A stretch of DNA of 64,000 nucleotides from an uncultured bacterium (lineage in GTDB: Bacteria; Actinomycetota; Geothermincolia; Geothermincolales; Geothermincolaceae), in NCBI GenBank assembly GCA_963765625.1, contig CAVXXD010000006.1, positions 371,990 to 435,989 on the forward strand, given 5' to 3'. Made by a program: the position numbers and the translations under genes. The notes under the pieces are model-generated. The model was not told where the DNA came from. It worked only from the letters and a program-made list of their open reading frames with translations, and searched no databases. Shown here in pieces: positions 8,193 to 18,094 of this stretch. How positions within the stretch are numbered: position 1 is the first letter of the stretch; every line of letters begins with the position of its first letter.

Positions 8193-9014
8193 ATGCAGGT
8201 ATTCGTTCTTTCCGACAACACCGCGGGGCCGCCGGGCTTCTTCGCCGAACATGGCCTTTCCCTGCTGGTCAGAACCGGCGAAGGGGACATTCTAATGGAT
8301 GTCGGGAACGGCACGGCGGCCATGCAGAACGCGGAAATCTTCAGGCTCAGTTTTGAGCCGTTAAAAGCGGTGATCCTGTCCCATGGGCACTACGACCACA
8401 CCGCGGGACTGCCTGGTCTGCTGACCCGGAGAGGCGGCACGAAGGTTTACGCCCATCCGGGCATCTTCGACGCCAAGTACTACCGGGTCGGCGAAGCGAA
8501 ACGCTTCATCGGGATTCCCTGGCGGCGGGAGCACCTGGAGTCGCTGGGCGCCGATTTCGACCTGTCGTCATCGCCCCGGGAAGTGCTTCCGGGCATGACG
8601 CTGACCGGGGAGATACCCCGCGTCACCGACTTCGAGCCGGGAGACCCCAACCTGGTTGTGGACAAGGGCGGGGAACTGGTCCCGGACCCCTTCGTAGACG
8701 ACCAGTCCCTGGTAATCGACGACCCGCAGGGCCTGGTGGTCATCCTGGGATGCGCCCACGCCGGCGCCATCAACACCCTCACCTATGCCAGGAAGATCAC
8801 CGGCAAGAGCCGTATCCGGGCGGCCATCGGTGGTTCACATCTCTTCTTCCTTGGATCGGAACAGCTGGAAAGGACCATTGATGAGCTCAAATCAATGGAG
8901 CCTGAGATGCTGGCTTTTTCCCATTGCACCGGACAGGTCGCGGCCCGCCGGCTCGCGCAGGAATTCGGGGACAGGTTCGTCTTCAACCAGACGGGAACCG
9001 TGCTGAACATCTGA
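8193..9014 (+). CDS. MBL-fold metallo-hydrolase (COG1237-like)
   Basis: The sequence is MQVFVLSDNTAG..AEHGLSLLV..ILSHGHYDHTAGL (HxHxDH motif). An AAGGAGG SD precedes the ATG at 8193. The track ORF begins upstream at 8115. Confidence 0.85.
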   Translation: MQVFVLSDNTAGPPGFFAEHGLSLLVRTGEGDILMDVGNGTAAMQNAEIFRLSFEPLKAVILSHGHYDHTAGLPGLLTRRGGTKVYAHPGIFDAKYYRVGEAKRFIGIPWRREHLESLGADFDLSSSPREVLPGMTLTGEIPRVTDFEPGDPNLVVDKGGELVPDPFVDDQSLVIDDPQGLVVILGCAHAGAINTLTYARKITGKSRIRAAIGGSHLFFLGSEQLERTIDELKSMEPEMLAFSHCTGQVAARRLAQEFGDRFVFNQTGTVLNI

Positions 9015-9155
9015 ACCGCGGCACGGCGCACCTCCCTCGAAGCGGGCTTTGCGGTCTACTTCTCCGCGTTATGCCCAACTACCGAAGTGGTAGAATGGTA
9101 GCTGTTACCGGAGGCCTTTTTAAACAAGGTCATTTAGAAAGAGAGTGTGTTCGGA

Positions 9156-9389
9156 ATGCCTTTTTACGATTTCCGCTGCCGCTCCTGCGGCGAGGTGAAC
9201 GAGTTGTTCCTGCGCGACGGAAACGTCTCCGACGCAACCTGCCCTACCTGCGGCGGAGAAGACATGGAGAAACTTCTTTCCACCTTCAATACCGCGAAAA
9301 AATACAACCGGCCCCACGGTCGGACCTGCTGCGGCAGGGAAGAGCGCTGCGACTCACCACCGGGCGGCGGGAGCTGCTGCTCCAGCTAA
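9156..9389 (+). CDS. FmdB-family zinc-ribbon protein
   Basis: The sequence is MPFYDFRCRSCGEVNELF...CPTCGG with a Cys/Gly-rich tail. This is the typical FmdB/CxxC-x-CxxC signature. Confidence 0.8.
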   Translation: MPFYDFRCRSCGEVNELFLRDGNVSDATCPTCGGEDMEKLLSTFNTAKKYNRPHGRTCCGREERCDSPPGGGSCCSS

Positions 9390-9426
9390 CCTCATGGAAG
9401 AATGGGGCTTGTCTCCCCGCTGCCGC

Positions 9427-10579
9427 TCAGAGGCCCAGGCTTGAAGCGATCTCCAGGTGCATCAACTCGCGCGTGCCCCAGAAAAGCTGCAGCCCCTTGG
9501 CGTCCCGGTACAGGCTGGATAGGCGGCATTCCAGGGTGTAGCCGTATCCTCCCGCCATCTCCATGGCCGAGGAAGCTATCTCCTCCAGCTCTGCCGGTGG
9601 CAAACAGCTTGAGCATGCAGGCCTCCGGGTGGAGGGACTCGCCGGCATCCAGGCGGGCGGAGGCTAGATGGAGAGAGGTCGAGACCAGCTCGATGGAGGT
9701 GGCCATATCAGCCATGCGAAAGCTCAGGACCTGATGGCCGGCCAGCCGTTTTCCGCCCTGCTCCCTCTCCAGGGTATATCGCGACGCTTCCCCCAGACAG
9801 GCGCGGGCCATGCCCACCGCCACAGCCGCCACCATGACGGCTGCGCCATCAAAGAGAGGAAGCAGGTCTCTCCCTTGCAAGCCCTCCCGCAGGACGTGGC
9901 TAACGGGAAAAGCGCAGTCCTGCAGCACCAGGGCGTGGTTGGGCAGCCCTTCCCATCCGATGAAGCGGTAGTGGTGGGCCAAGTGCAGGCCTGAGCTTCC
10001 AGAGGGGACATACGCAACCGCGATACCGCCCGGCCCCCTCAAGAACATGAGAATGCCGCTGTCCACTCCTGGGGAAGTGTTGGTGACAAAGCATTTGTTG
10101 CCAACGGCATAAGCCATGTCGCCTCTTGTCTCCAGGGTGGTACGCAAGGCGGTGAAATCGGTCCCCGCCTCCGGTTCGGAAAGGGCTACGGCCCCAAGGA
10201 CATCTCCCCGGGCAAGTTGAGGCAGGAAATCCCGCATCCTCTCCTCGTCAGCCCAGCCGATCAAGCCGGCTGTGCAAGCCAGGTGGGAAAGGAGCATCAT
10301 GGCCATCACGGGATCCGCCGCCGCCAGTTCCTCGATGACTATGGCCGCCTCCACCCAGCCCCCGCCTTCGCCCTCCATCTCGAGAGGGACAACCATACCC
10401 GGGTAGCCCGCGGCGGCCAATTTCTTAAAGCTTTTCAGTGGGGAGCCGGGTTCTCTTCGTGGAAACGGTCCAGCCTCGCGCAGAATCCGGGCGGCGAGTT
10501 CCCGGGCCTGCCCGCGCAGCATATCGTGGGTATCGTCTTTCATACTCATATGATACAGGTCATAAGCCATATGTCGCAT
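9427..10579 (-). pseudogene. acyl-CoA dehydrogenase family protein, one frameshift near 9595
   Basis: The ACAD pattern runs through ..ALSEPEAGTDF..CFVTN..EACMLKLFA. The expected C-terminus AELEEIASSAMEMAGGYGYTLECRLSSLYRDAKGLQLFWGTRE lies in a different frame (track ORF 9427..9648). Confidence 0.75.
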
Positions 10580-10654
10580 CTAATAGACATATGCCCATAT
10601 TAACATTAGAATGACCGTAGTTCATGGACAAAAAGTTCGACGGAGGAGGAAGAA

Positions 10655-11017
10655 ATGAAGGTAGCGATAGTCAAGGATGGAGAGCAGGTCTCTTCACATT
10701 ACGGGCAATCCGAGGGATTCGTCATGGCTGAGGTCGAAGACGGTTCGGTCAAGTCCCGCTCCACGGTTCCGGCACCGGCGGAACATTCCTGTGGGGGCCT
10801 GGCCCAGCTCTTTGTCCAGCACCAGGTGGACACGGTGATTGTGGGCGGCATCGGGGGCGGAGCCATCGGCCACCTCAACGCGGCGGGCATCAACGTAGTA
10901 GCCGGAGCGTCCGGCAATATCGAAGAAGTGCTCTCAAGCTTCATAGATGGATCACTGACCCCTGGAGAAGCGGTCTGCGGCGGCCACGGCCAGTCCGGCC
11001 AGTGCCAGCACGATTGA
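10655..11017 (+). CDS. NifB/NifX-family domain protein
   Basis: The sequence is MKVAIVKDGEQVSSHYGQSEGFVMAEV..VDTVIVGGIGGGAIGHLNAAGINVV. A GGAGGAGG SD precedes it. Confidence 0.85.
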   Translation: MKVAIVKDGEQVSSHYGQSEGFVMAEVEDGSVKSRSTVPAPAEHSCGGLAQLFVQHQVDTVIVGGIGGGAIGHLNAAGINVVAGASGNIEEVLSSFIDGSLTPGEAVCGGHGQSGQCQHD

Positions 11018-11036
11018 AAAGCAGCGCCGAACCAAC

Positions 11037-11903
11037 ATGCCGTTGAGCGAGAAAAAGAAAGTCGCGCACGTATATATTTCACCCTCCGGTTCTACCCGGG
11101 CTGCCGGGCGATTCATCTGCTCTCTTCTGGAGGACAAAGGATACCAGGTGCTTGATTACGACCTGGCCCGGTATCGCGGCCGGGAGGAAGAGGTACGCGA
11201 GGGCATCAGGACATCATCGCTTGTGGTGGTGGGCAGCCCGGTTTACGGCGGGCACGCCGCGGGGCCGTTGATGAGCTTTACCAAGGGCATTCCCCACGGG
11301 AATGGAAAGCCAGCCCTGGCTTACGTAAGTTACGGCGTGGTGTCCAAGGGGAGCTCACTCTACCGGATGGCGAAATCGCTGGACGGGCTGGGCTATCACG
11401 TACTCGGGCTGGCGGAAGTCCTGGCAACGCACTCCATGATGTTCCGCGCCAGCAACCCGTTGGGGAAAGGACGTCCGGGTGAAGAAGACCGGGAGGTTCT
11501 GCGCACCCTGGTGGAGGAACTCGCGCCGCGGCTGGACGGCGTGGATGGAGGGAGCATGGACTACTCGGCCGCTCGCCCTCCCCGGCTTATCGACCGCGTC
11601 CTGGACACTACCTTCTACACGCCGCGGGTGATGCACTACGCCATGCCCCCTAAAAGATTCCGCCAGGATCGCTGCATTGACTGCGGCGCCTGCCGGAAAG
11701 CGTGCCCGGTAGGCCGGCTGGACAAGCTGCCGGTAATCGACAAGAGCATCAAGTGCCTCGACTGTTACTCCTGCGTACGTTCCTGTGAGCAGAAGGCCTT
11801 CACCGCTCCCATGTGGGTCGCCAGCCCTGTCTTGCGGCTCTTCAGCAAGGTGGAAGGAACGGGTGAGAAGCAAGCCACCAGGTGCTACATTGACAGACAT
11901 TGA
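11037..11903 (+). CDS. flavodoxin-like domain fused to a 2x[4Fe-4S] ferredoxin domain
   Basis: The N-terminus is VAHVYISPSGSTR..VVGSPVYGGH. The C-terminus has CIDCGACRKACP and CLDCYSCVRSC. Confidence 0.7.
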   Translation: MPLSEKKKVAHVYISPSGSTRAAGRFICSLLEDKGYQVLDYDLARYRGREEEVREGIRTSSLVVVGSPVYGGHAAGPLMSFTKGIPHGNGKPALAYVSYGVVSKGSSLYRMAKSLDGLGYHVLGLAEVLATHSMMFRASNPLGKGRPGEEDREVLRTLVEELAPRLDGVDGGSMDYSAARPPRLIDRVLDTTFYTPRVMHYAMPPKRFRQDRCIDCGACRKACPVGRLDKLPVIDKSIKCLDCYSCVRSCEQKAFTAPMWVASPVLRLFSKVEGTGEKQATRCYIDRH

Positions 11904-11927
11904 AGCAGCCGTCTCTGTCAGCGTGGG

Positions 11928-12923
11928 CTATGACGCTTGACGCAGGTAACCGTTTTGCTTGAACCATTCGATGGTGTTCTCCACCGTGGTCCTTAGAGGC
12001 GTCAGGGGCAAGCCGAGTTCTTTTACGGCCTTCGAGTTATCGAAATGCTCACCCATCTTTCCAATACGGACCTGGGACAGCGAGACGACCGGCGGCTTCC
12101 TGGTGACGCGGGCCTGGGCATGAAAGGCATGCGCCAGCAACAATGCAACCTGGTAGGGAAACTTAAGCCTGGGCGGCTTCACCCCGGCAGCCTCCGCGAC
12201 CAGTTTGAAGAAATCCCCCACGGTCACGTTTTCGTTTCCCAAGATATACCTCTCGCCCACCCTCCCCTTCTTCGCCGCCAGCAGGTGCCCCCGCGCCACA
12301 TCCTGAACGTCGATGATGTTGGTGGCCCCGTCGATGTAGCCCGGCATCTCACGGTTGACGATATCGACTATCAGTTTCCCGGAAGGGGTCGGCTTGATAT
12401 CTCTAACTCCTATCACCAGCGTCGGGTTGACGATGACCACCGGCAGGCCCTGGTCACAGATCTTCTTCGCCTCGATCTCCGCGAGGTATTTCGAGATGGC
12501 GTAGTGGTCCCCCGTCTCCCACTCGTTGAACTCCGCTTCCTCGTTTGCGTAGTTGCCGGCCCCATGAGCGCCCATGCAATTGGCGGTACTGGTGTAGACT
12601 ACTTTTTCCAATCCCTGCGCAAGCGCTTCTTCGAGCAGGTTCCTGGTGCCGTTGACGTTCACCTGATAGAAGAGGTCTTTATTCAATGACCAGTGGGCGA
12701 AGTAGGCCGCTACGTGGTAAAGCGTGTCGCAGCCTTTGAGCGCAGCCCTGAGGGACTCCCTGTCCCTGGTATCCGCATAGGCCTTCTCGATATCGAGACC
12801 GTCTATGTTCGCGGTATCACTGTCCTTCCTGACGGTTACCCGGACATCCGCGCCGTCCTTCAACAGCTCTCTTGCCACCGTAGATCCGATAAAGCCTGTC
12901 GCGCCGGTGACCAGGGTCTTCAC
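11928..12923 (-). CDS. NAD-dependent epimerase/dehydratase (extended SDR, dihydroflavonol-reductase-like)
   Basis: The sequence is MKTLVTGATGFIGS..YAISKYLAE (YxxxK). It overlaps the upstream CBS gene by 4 nt in an ATGA arrangement. Confidence 0.9.
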   Translation of the reverse strand: MKTLVTGATGFIGSTVARELLKDGADVRVTVRKDSDTANIDGLDIEKAYADTRDRESLRAALKGCDTLYHVAAYFAHWSLNKDLFYQVNVNGTRNLLEEALAQGLEKVVYTSTANCMGAHGAGNYANEEAEFNEWETGDHYAISKYLAEIEAKKICDQGLPVVIVNPTLVIGVRDIKPTPSGKLIVDIVNREMPGYIDGATNIIDVQDVARGHLLAAKKGRVGERYILGNENVTVGDFFKLVAEAAGVKPPRLKFPYQVALLLAHAFHAQARVTRKPPVVSLSQVRIGKMGEHFDNSKAVKELGLPLTPLRTTVENTIEWFKQNGYLRQAS

Positions 12924-13357
12924 CGCACAGCCCCCTTTCCATCTTTCCAGTGGATACCCCTTACGAGGTCGGTACGGGTGACCACGCCCACGATGTTCCT
13001 GTCCTTGTCGACAACCACCTCGAAGCGGGTCTGGTCCGCGAACATCTTCAGGATAGCTTTCTGTATGGTCTCCGTCGCCTCGATCGCCAGGGGCGGTGAT
13101 TGCATGATGTCCCGGACTTTTTCGTAGGCAACGGTTGCCGGATCCCTGCGGGCGAAAATGGAGATGATGTCTGTGTCCCGTACAATCCCTACCAGCTGGC
13201 CCTTCACGTTTATTACAGGATAACCGTGATAGGAATGCTGCTTGAACAACTCGATCAGTGTTCCCAGTCCTTCTTCTTCCTGAACAGCCATGGGGTTTTT
13301 GCTCATTACGTCTTCGACGGTGCCCTTGAGATACAGGTGTGCGCGTTCCTCTTCCAT
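12920..13357 (-). CDS. CBS-pair domain protein
   Basis: Only the C-terminal 145 aa of track ORF 12920..14524 look real. They run from the ATG at 13355-13357 as MEEERAHLYLKGTVEDVMSKNPMAV..GYPVINVKGQLVGIVRDTDI..VVVDKDRNIVGVVTRTDL. Confidence 0.85.
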   Translation of the reverse strand: MEEERAHLYLKGTVEDVMSKNPMAVQEEEGLGTLIELFKQHSYHGYPVINVKGQLVGIVRDTDIISIFARRDPATVAYEKVRDIMQSPPLAIEATETIQKAILKMFADQTRFEVVVDKDRNIVGVVTRTDLVRGIHWKDGKGAVR

Positions 13358-13368
13358 GCTCAACTCCT

Positions 13369-14595
13369 TTACAGGTTGGCCTCTCCTGCCTTGATCACGG
13401 CGATGCGGGTGCAAGGCGGCCCGATCAACTGGAAGAACAGGGTGGTAGCCGCGATGACGCTGATGGCCATAATCCCCAATTCCACTCCCGCATCCCCGAA
13501 CCTTCCCCCGCCGAACTCGATCATGGTCTGGATTGAAAGGCCGATGGCCACTCCAGCCTGCGAGAAAAGGCACAGTCCCAGGTACTTGCGCACACTGGGC
13601 TGTGCGTCGCCGATCACTCCACCCAGGGACGCCCCGGCCTGTTTCCCGACGGACCTGAACAAAATATAGAGCAGGCCGATCCAACCCAGGCTGACGAGCT
13701 TGCCCGCCTGCAACTGGGCCCCCACGATGACGAAGAACAGCACGAAGAGCGGTTGGGTGGTGCCTCTCATTATCTCGAAGACATCCTCGCGCCTCCACTT
13801 GGGGGAATTGGCGATGGTCATCCCCAGGGCCATGTTGGCCAGGATCAGGGAGATGTGAAGCAGGTTGGCCAGCCCGGTGGTGAAGACGATCACGCCCCAG
13901 GTGAGTACGAGAAGCCCACGTTTGGCCGTGTAGTTCCTGATGAGAAAGAGAAATATGACGCCGGCGGCCAGGCCTATGCCCAGGGCGCCGAACACCTCCA
14001 GCGTGGGCTTGATGATGACTTCCGCCATCTTGACGCTGCCCTCCGCCAGCAGCATCTTGGCGAAGAATATGGCAAAGGCGTAGATGACGATGGCAATGCC
14101 GTCGTCTATCCCCACCACCGCGAACACGGTGGAGGTCAGCGGGCCCGACGCCTGGTACTCCCTCAACACGTCCACGGTCGCCGCCGGAGCGGTGGCCGAG
14201 GCCAGGGCCCCGAAGACCAGCGCGATATAGAGCTTTCCCGTATACAGGTAAACGGCGATGGTGACGAGGACGGTCGCTCCCAGTGCCTCCAGGATGGATA
14301 TCCATATTATCGCCTTCCCCAGGTGCCTCAACTTTCTGAAGACCAGCTCGCCCCCGATGTCGAAGCCGATGCAGCCCAGGGCGATATAGGTGAAGTAGAC
14401 CAGCGCATCGAAGTTGGTGTCGTCGAATATGGACAGGACCGACTTGCCCATGATGATGCCTACGATGATATAGCCCACCACCATAGGTACCTTGAGCTTG
14501 CGGCAGACCAGGCCCGCGCCCCACCCGAGGAGCAGGGCGAGCCCCACCATCATCACGATGAAGCTGGGATCTGCCGGAACGATGTCTCTAAGCAT
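13369..14595 (-). CDS. cation:proton antiporter (CPA1/CPA2, Na+/H+ exchanger family)
   Basis: This is a polytopic membrane protein beginning MLRDIV..VVGYIIVGIIMGKSVL. The start at 14595 overlaps the MarR stop by 8 nt. Confidence 0.85.
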   Translation of the reverse strand: MLRDIVPADPSFIVMMVGLALLLGWGAGLVCRKLKVPMVVGYIIVGIIMGKSVLSIFDDTNFDALVYFTYIALGCIGFDIGGELVFRKLRHLGKAIIWISILEALGATVLVTIAVYLYTGKLYIALVFGALASATAPAATVDVLREYQASGPLTSTVFAVVGIDDGIAIVIYAFAIFFAKMLLAEGSVKMAEVIIKPTLEVFGALGIGLAAGVIFLFLIRNYTAKRGLLVLTWGVIVFTTGLANLLHISLILANMALGMTIANSPKWRREDVFEIMRGTTQPLFVLFFVIVGAQLQAGKLVSLGWIGLLYILFRSVGKQAGASLGGVIGDAQPSVRKYLGLCLFSQAGVAIGLSIQTMIEFGGGRFGDAGVELGIMAISVIAATTLFFQLIGPPCTRIAVIKAGEANL

Positions 14596-15058
14596 TCCCG
14601 TCCGCCGCCTTGTCGTTCTTGAGCTGGAAATAGCTCTCGGTAAAGGCGGCCAGTGAGCTTTCGAGCTGAGTGCGCGAGTCCTCATCCATATGCCCGAGGA
14701 TCTTTTCGAGGTACTTCTTTCGATGCGCGTTAACCCGGCGCACTACTTCGACTCCCTTCCCGGTTAAAGCTAACTCTATTCTTCTGCGGTCGGAGGTGGA
14801 GAAACGCCTTTCGATCAGGCCTTTCTCCTCCAGTTTCTCCAGAAGGAAAGAGATGGCCGGCGGGGAGACGTCGAGCATCCTGGCTATCTCGGTGGGCTTG
14901 TCGGTGAGGTTGCAGATCATGTCGAGAGTACGGAACTGGGGCACGGTGATCTGCTCCTCCCCGATATGCATAAGTGACTCCGCGAGAATGTTGACCATGA
15001 TGCGGGAGGCTGTGAATATGCTGTCTTCGACGTTTTTCCGGGAATCCGGGCGTCCCAT
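14588..15058 (-). CDS. MarR-family transcriptional regulator
   Basis: The winged-HTH pattern is ITVPQFRTLDMI..PTEIARMLDVSPPAISFLLEKLEEKGLIERR..DRRR. Confidence 0.9.
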   Translation of the reverse strand: MGRPDSRKNVEDSIFTASRIMVNILAESLMHIGEEQITVPQFRTLDMICNLTDKPTEIARMLDVSPPAISFLLEKLEEKGLIERRFSTSDRRRIELALTGKGVEVVRRVNAHRKKYLEKILGHMDEDSRTQLESSLAAFTESYFQLKNDKAADGNA

Positions 15059-15100
15059 GCTCCACCGTTCTTTATTTCATTACTCTAATATTTCAATTAT

Positions 15101-15112
15101 TTAATATATTAA
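15101..15112. promoter_or_regulatory. 12-bp perfect palindrome TTAATATATTAA in the MarR/hydrolase divergent intergenic region (candidate operator)
   Basis: The palindrome is read directly from the sequence. It sits in an AT-rich island inside a GC-rich genome, between divergent genes 14588..15058 and 15173..15952. Confidence 0.3.
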
Positions 15113-15172
15113 TACTGTGGGTGAGACAAATCAATTCGTGGAACCAGGGTATACTTGTAACAGGGGTGCCAT

Positions 15173-15952
15173 ATGGAAGAGATCAGGATCGGCGATCTTC
15201 GGATCGCTTACCAGAGCCGGGGCGCGGGGCCACCGCTCATGCTCCTTCACGGGGGCCTGAGTGACAGCAGGGAATGGCGAAGGCAACTGGAGGACCTGTC
15301 CGATACTTTTACCGTTGTGGCCTGGGACGCCCCGGGTTGCGGCAGTTCTTCGGATCCACCGGAGACATACCGGCTACCGGATTATGCCGACTGCCTGGCG
15401 GTGTTTCTCGAAGAACTCGGTATTGCACATCCGCACCTGCTCGGCATATCGTTTGGGGCCGGCCTCGCCCTGGAGTTCTATCGACGCCACCCGGAGACCC
15501 CCAGAACGCTCGTGCTGGCTTCGGCGTACGCCGGATGGGCGGGGTCTCTCCCGCGGGAGGAAGTCGAAGACCGCCTGGAAAGAGGGCTGGAGCAGTCCAG
15601 ACAACCCTTGGCCCAGGTCGCGGAGGAGTTCATCCCGACCCTGTTCTCCAAGCCGGTACCGGCCGAGGTGATCAGGGAGACCACGGCCATCATCTCCGAA
15701 GCCCACCCGGTCGGGATGCGGGTGATGCTCCGCTCTTTCGCCGAAGCGGACCTTCGTGACGTGCTTCCATCCATCAACATTCCCGTCCTGCTGCTCCACG
15801 GTGAACTCGATCAACGTTCACCGATGAGTGTTGCCCGGGAGCTGCATGCCCGAATACCGGAATCGAGCCTGGTGGTGATTCCCGATACCGGTCATGCCGG
15901 CAACCTGGAATCGCCCGAAGCCTTCAGTGCCGAAGTACGCAAATTTTTATAG
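15173..15952 (+). CDS. alpha/beta-fold hydrolase
   Basis: The motifs are LLHGG.., the GISFG nucleophile elbow, and the C-terminal ..GHAGNLE. Confidence 0.9.
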   Translation: MEEIRIGDLRIAYQSRGAGPPLMLLHGGLSDSREWRRQLEDLSDTFTVVAWDAPGCGSSSDPPETYRLPDYADCLAVFLEELGIAHPHLLGISFGAGLALEFYRRHPETPRTLVLASAYAGWAGSLPREEVEDRLERGLEQSRQPLAQVAEEFIPTLFSKPVPAEVIRETTAIISEAHPVGMRVMLRSFAEADLRDVLPSINIPVLLLHGELDQRSPMSVARELHARIPESSLVVIPDTGHAGNLESPEAFSAEVRKFL

Positions 15953-17293
15953 ATCCGCCAGTACCCTGTTGGCGGCCTGTTCGCCGGTGGCGAACCCGCC
16001 TTCCGTGCAGGCTATCAGGAAGAGGTACTCTCCGGCTAAGTGCAGGCCCTTCACGTCCCTGGTGTGATTCTTTAAGAATTCGTGGATGGCGGGGAACTGC
16101 CCGGGGGATTCCAGGTTGATGGCCCTGTCCCACCTTACGCATTCGGTGAACAAAGGCTCGTCGGGGAATTCCGGCCAGAATTTCTGCATCTCCCGGATGA
16201 CCCGCCTGCGCCGCTCCTCCTCGGTGAGCTGGCTGAGCTCCTTGTCGTACCACCCGCCCGTGTAGGTATACATCAGCCCGGCACCTTCCGGCGCCGTCTT
16301 GATGTCTCCGCCGGCGGTGTCGAAGATGGTGGTGAGGAGCGACTTCTCGCTGCCCGGGATGAGGGTGGCCACGAAATGCTTCGGGGTGATCTTCTTTTCC
16401 AGCCCAAACATGTAGTTCCAGGCGGAGCTGTACTTACACGTCTCCAGGGGCTTGCGGATGGTATCGGGCAGGTCCGGCATGATCTGCCGCGCCAATACGG
16501 CATCGGTGGTGCAGATCACCTGGTCCGCTTCGATGAACCCGTCCTTGGTCTCGACCCCCTTGACCTGCTTGCCTTCGATGACCACCTTGGTGACTGGCGT
16601 GGACAGCCGGACGCTGTCCTTCACTTTCTCGTAAAGCCTCTCGTTGATAGACCCCATGCCGTTCTCCAGGATGCATACCCCGCCCGCGAGGAAGGCCAGG
16701 GCGATGATGTGCGAGATAGTAACCTCTTCGGGCCGCGCCAGCACCATGGTGCCGAGGAAAGGCGCCAGGAAATGATCGACGATCTCTGGCCCGCCGTGCT
16801 TCAGCCCGAACTCGGTGGCACTGACGTTGCCCAAGGGCAGGAGCGGCTCGAAGTCCCTGGTGACCTTGTCGAGCTTGCGCATTTCCTTGTACATGGCCAG
16901 CCCCAGCCTGGCGAATTGGGGATAGGCTTTGAGAGGAAGCCCCCTGAACCTGAGCATCTCCGGAGTGTTCTTCAACATCTCCATCGGTTTGCCCGAAAGA
17001 AGGTAATGTTTCTTGCCATTTCGCCAGAAGGCCACCCTCATGGTTGCTTCATGATGCGCCTCACCCGACAATCCCAGCTCCCTGATGAGCCTGCCGGTCA
17101 CGTCCCACTGCGTCTCGGTGAAGCCGGCGCCGAGGGGGAGAAGGAATCCGTCCCTTCTCAAGCTCCAGCAGCGCCCGCCCGGCCGGTCACTGGCCTCGAA
17201 GGTCAGTACGTCGACCCCGGCTTTCTTCAGCTCGTAGGTCGCCGTTAATCCGGCACAGCCTGCTCCAATTACAACAACCGGTTTCTTTTCCAT
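15947..17293 (-). CDS. FAD-dependent oxidoreductase (amine-oxidase/protoporphyrinogen-oxidase-like)
   Basis: The sequence is VVVIGAGCAGLTATYELKKAGVDVLTFEASDRPGGR, the GxGxxG-x17-E dinucleotide motif with a GG tail. The C-terminus is LHLAGEY. Confidence 0.85.
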   Translation of the reverse strand: MEKKPVVVIGAGCAGLTATYELKKAGVDVLTFEASDRPGGRCWSLRRDGFLLPLGAGFTETQWDVTGRLIRELGLSGEAHHEATMRVAFWRNGKKHYLLSGKPMEMLKNTPEMLRFRGLPLKAYPQFARLGLAMYKEMRKLDKVTRDFEPLLPLGNVSATEFGLKHGGPEIVDHFLAPFLGTMVLARPEEVTISHIIALAFLAGGVCILENGMGSINERLYEKVKDSVRLSTPVTKVVIEGKQVKGVETKDGFIEADQVICTTDAVLARQIMPDLPDTIRKPLETCKYSSAWNYMFGLEKKITPKHFVATLIPGSEKSLLTTIFDTAGGDIKTAPEGAGLMYTYTGGWYDKELSQLTEEERRRRVIREMQKFWPEFPDEPLFTECVRWDRAINLESPGQFPAIHEFLKNHTRDVKGLHLAGEYLFLIACTEGGFATGEQAANRVLADL

Positions 17294-17431
17294 GAGTCTC
17301 CCTCCCTGCTAAATAGGACTCAATGACTCTCCGACAATATCAAGCAGCCGGACGTGATGCAAGCTGGGCATCGAGCACTGTCAACCGGAGCGATATAGTC
17401 GTTCTTGAGGAGTACAAAGTTATCCGTATTC

Positions 17432-18094
17432 TCAAACCGAGCGATTTCTGGCGCTTCGAGAAGCAATGGTCCTAGTATACGCGGCCAGCTCCGCTTCTAC
17501 CTGCTCAATGGCAATGCCGGGCTTCATGCCGGCAAGATTCTCGACCGGGGCCACCCTGCTACGACCACCCTTCTTCAACAGGCGCTCCATCTTTTCAAGG
17601 TCGGTATTCACCAGCAAGGTGCCGTGATGAAGAATGCGCCCTCTCGACCTCGCCTGGGCCGAGCCGGATATCTTGCGCCCCGACACATAGATGCTGTTCG
17701 GTTCCACCCACTCCCAGGGCAACCCCAATGATTGCAGGAGGCGCGTTACCGGAAAAGACAGCAGCCTCAGACTTTCCTCGACGTCGCAAGCCGGGAGGTT
17801 CGCTTCTTCCAGATAAAGGGAGTAGTTCAGGTTGCCGGGGTCGTGGAAGACGGCTCCGCCTCCGCTCACCCGTTTCAGCACGGGCACCCCCAACCGTTTC
17901 GCCTCCCCCAGGTGGACTTCTTCCTCGGGCTTCAAGAACCTGCCCAGCACTACGCAGTCACTGTTTCTCCAAATGCGGAAGGAAGGCCCGTTCACGTTTC
18001 GCATGTAATCAGCTTCCCGGCGGAGGTTCTCCGCGGGATCAAGGGTCGGTTCCTCGGCCAACCTTTCAAGATCCGGGTGGAGCAACAACCTCAC
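17432..18094 (-). CDS. lipoate-protein ligase family protein (BPL/LplA/LipB catalytic domain only)
   Basis: The motifs are RVSGGGAVFHDPGNLNYSL and GRKISGSAQ (catalytic Lys motif). It overlaps the upstream DGC gene. Confidence 0.8.
   Translation of the reverse strand: MRLLLHPDLERLAEEPTLDPAENLRREADYMRNVNGPSFRIWRNSDCVVLGRFLKPEEEVHLGEAKRLGVPVLKRVSGGGAVFHDPGNLNYSLYLEEANLPACDVEESLRLLSFPVTRLLQSLGLPWEWVEPNSIYVSGRKISGSAQARSRGRILHHGTLLVNTDLEKMERLLKKGGRSRVAPVENLAGMKPGIAIEQVEAELAAYTRTIASRSARNRSV

Noticed and set aside
2111-11017. Nitrogen-fixation (nif) gene cluster
   Set aside because: Only NifX/NifB-C-terminal-like domains and NifH-unrelated MinD-type ATPases are present. There is no nifH, nifD, nifK, nifE, nifN or radical-SAM nifB. 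These domains are common in non-diazotrophs.
13358-14524. N-terminal 390 aa of track ORF 12920..14524
   Set aside because: This part is out of frame over the cation:proton antiporter gene and is Gly/Arg/His-rich. Only the last 145 aa, from the ATG at 13357, form a credible CBS-pair protein.
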